This document shows positions 62,637 through 64,000 of a stretch of 64,000 nt of DNA, one piece after another. The first letter of the stretch is position 1. Each line of letters opens with the position of its first letter. The stretch is from Callorhinchus milii (lineage: Eukaryota), in contig NW_024704745.1 of the NCBI RefSeq assembly GCF_018977255.1, positions 45,322,001-45,386,000 of the forward strand. The letters are read 5' to 3'. Position numbers and translations under genes: made by a program. The notes under the pieces are model-generated. The model had not been told where the DNA came from, made no database searches, and worked only from the letters and a program-made list of their open reading frames with translations.

Positions 62637-64000
62637 GCTTTGAGTTGTTTGGCCTCCAGGATGACTTTGGAGTAAAAGTAAGTTTTGGCCCGTGAAAGGT
62701 AAAGATGGTAAGTGTGGAGGTGCTTGAATCACAGATGGCAGTGAATTGTGAGGCCAGATTTCTGCCATCTGCGTTCGAGCATCCGGGTTTGCGTTTTGAG
62801 TGAGCGGAGATGACTGTTGTATCAGGTGAAGTGGGTGGATTTGGAAACAGCCCTAGATTTCAAGGGAGCCAGGGAATTAAAGGTTTGGGAGAGATGGTCA
62901 TTCAGCAATTTGATGGCTGTATCAGGATCACTGTGGGTGAGGAGGTCCGAGGAAGAGGGAGAGGAGGTCCGAGGAACAGAAGGCATTTGTGAGGGAAGCT
63001 TTTTCCAAGGGCAGAAAAAAATGCTGGAGGTCTTGGAAGAGGGGAGGGGGTTGCCGGAGTAGAGGGAGATGAGGAAGTGGTCTGAAGTGGCCTTGTCCGT
63101 GATGGACAGGTCAGAAATATCAAGGCCATGTGTGATGACGAGGTCGAGGGAGTGGCCATGGTTGTGGGTCGGCAAGTTGATGTGGAGGGTGAGGTTTAGG
63201 GAGGAGAGGAGGGCAGTGACATCCAAGGAGGTGGTGCAAGGGGAGTTAAGATGGAGGTTGAAATCACACATTATGAGCAGGTGCAGAGGGACAGGGATGA
63301 GATGAGAGAGGTGATATCAGTGTGGAAGGATCCAGGAAATTTGGGGTAGCTCGAGGTGTGTTGAAAAGTGTAGCCAGGAGGGGAGGTTTCAACGAGGGGG
63401 GGCGAGGTCACTGGGGGGGGGTCAGGTTTCCATAATTTTGAGTGCCACATTTTGAGCAACTGTCACATTTTTCTTAACTCTGCTCATTTGAAGGCTGGGC
63501 TACAGAAGATTTTGGTAGAATAATGTTCCACACATGTAGGTTTGCACATGTAGTATGTTGACCATAGAACCATAGAAATTTACAACAGTTTGTTCCTATG
63601 ACTATTTGGGACTTTCTGTTCTGGAGGTTGACCTCACAATGGAAGCATTGTGGACTCTTAGCCACTAAATCCATTGGCACTTCAAAACATTGGTCAGCAC
63701 ATTAGAAGCCAAAAAGATCACTCAGATGTGAACAACTGCCCAGAAGTGAACATTTTGGCTTCAGGCACACAAAAAATGGCTAATGTTCAGGTCATAAGGT
63801 CACTGCCAGTGTTTCTTCTTGTGTGTTGCACATATGCAGCATACAGGAAGTGACGGTAAGGATGTGATGACCCTGACATCTGTCATTTTGTCTTCCCATA
63901 CCCCAGATCGTGCCACTGAACCATCAGTGGAGCCAGACATCTTTGCGTCTATACATAGTGTATGTGGACGTTCTGACCATCAATCGTGCGCTGCTTGACG

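Larger units (their letters stand above)
60911..63432 (-). mobile_element. L2 LINE (family B) ORF2, APE to 3' tail, decayed
   Basis: PPGYTF, CDFNLH..THNHGHSLDLV..SDHFLI (APE); LVLLDFSAAFDTVDHNILL and YADDTQIY (RT); family B tail at 60911-60970. Confidence 0.95.

Noticed and set aside
56470-63432. Intact autonomous L2 elements
   Set aside because: Both copies have many stops and frameshifts, internal deletions and SINE insertions.

Overview
This is eukaryotic, AT-rich, repeat-dense non-coding DNA (intronic or intergenic). The repeat complement points to a cartilaginous fish, most likely a chimaera such as the elephant shark; this is an inference from tRNA/Deu-domain SINEs with L2 tails, L2 and CR1 LINEs and a Penelope-like fragment. 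I could not support any host protein-coding exon: the recognisable ORFs in the track are decayed L2/CR1 ORF2 pieces or SINE read-throughs, and I could not assign the rest. The window holds about 12 near-complete copies of a young tRNA-Ala-headed SINE, many older Deu-SINE relics, two L2 families with different 3' hairpins, CR1 fragments, two hAT-type MITEs, and probable relics of Penelope, Harbinger and tyrosine-recombinase elements. The most interesting signal is an L2-dependent parasite system: (i) a CORE+Deu chimeric SINE whose youngest copies carry the 3' hairpin loop of the young L2, (ii) repeated 55-75 bp insertions made only of the L2 3' hairpin plus tail, (iii) two independent L2 insertions with almost the same 5' end, and (iv) a SINE duplicated together with its 5' flank. 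Coordinates were read by eye, and the edges of decayed elements are approximate.
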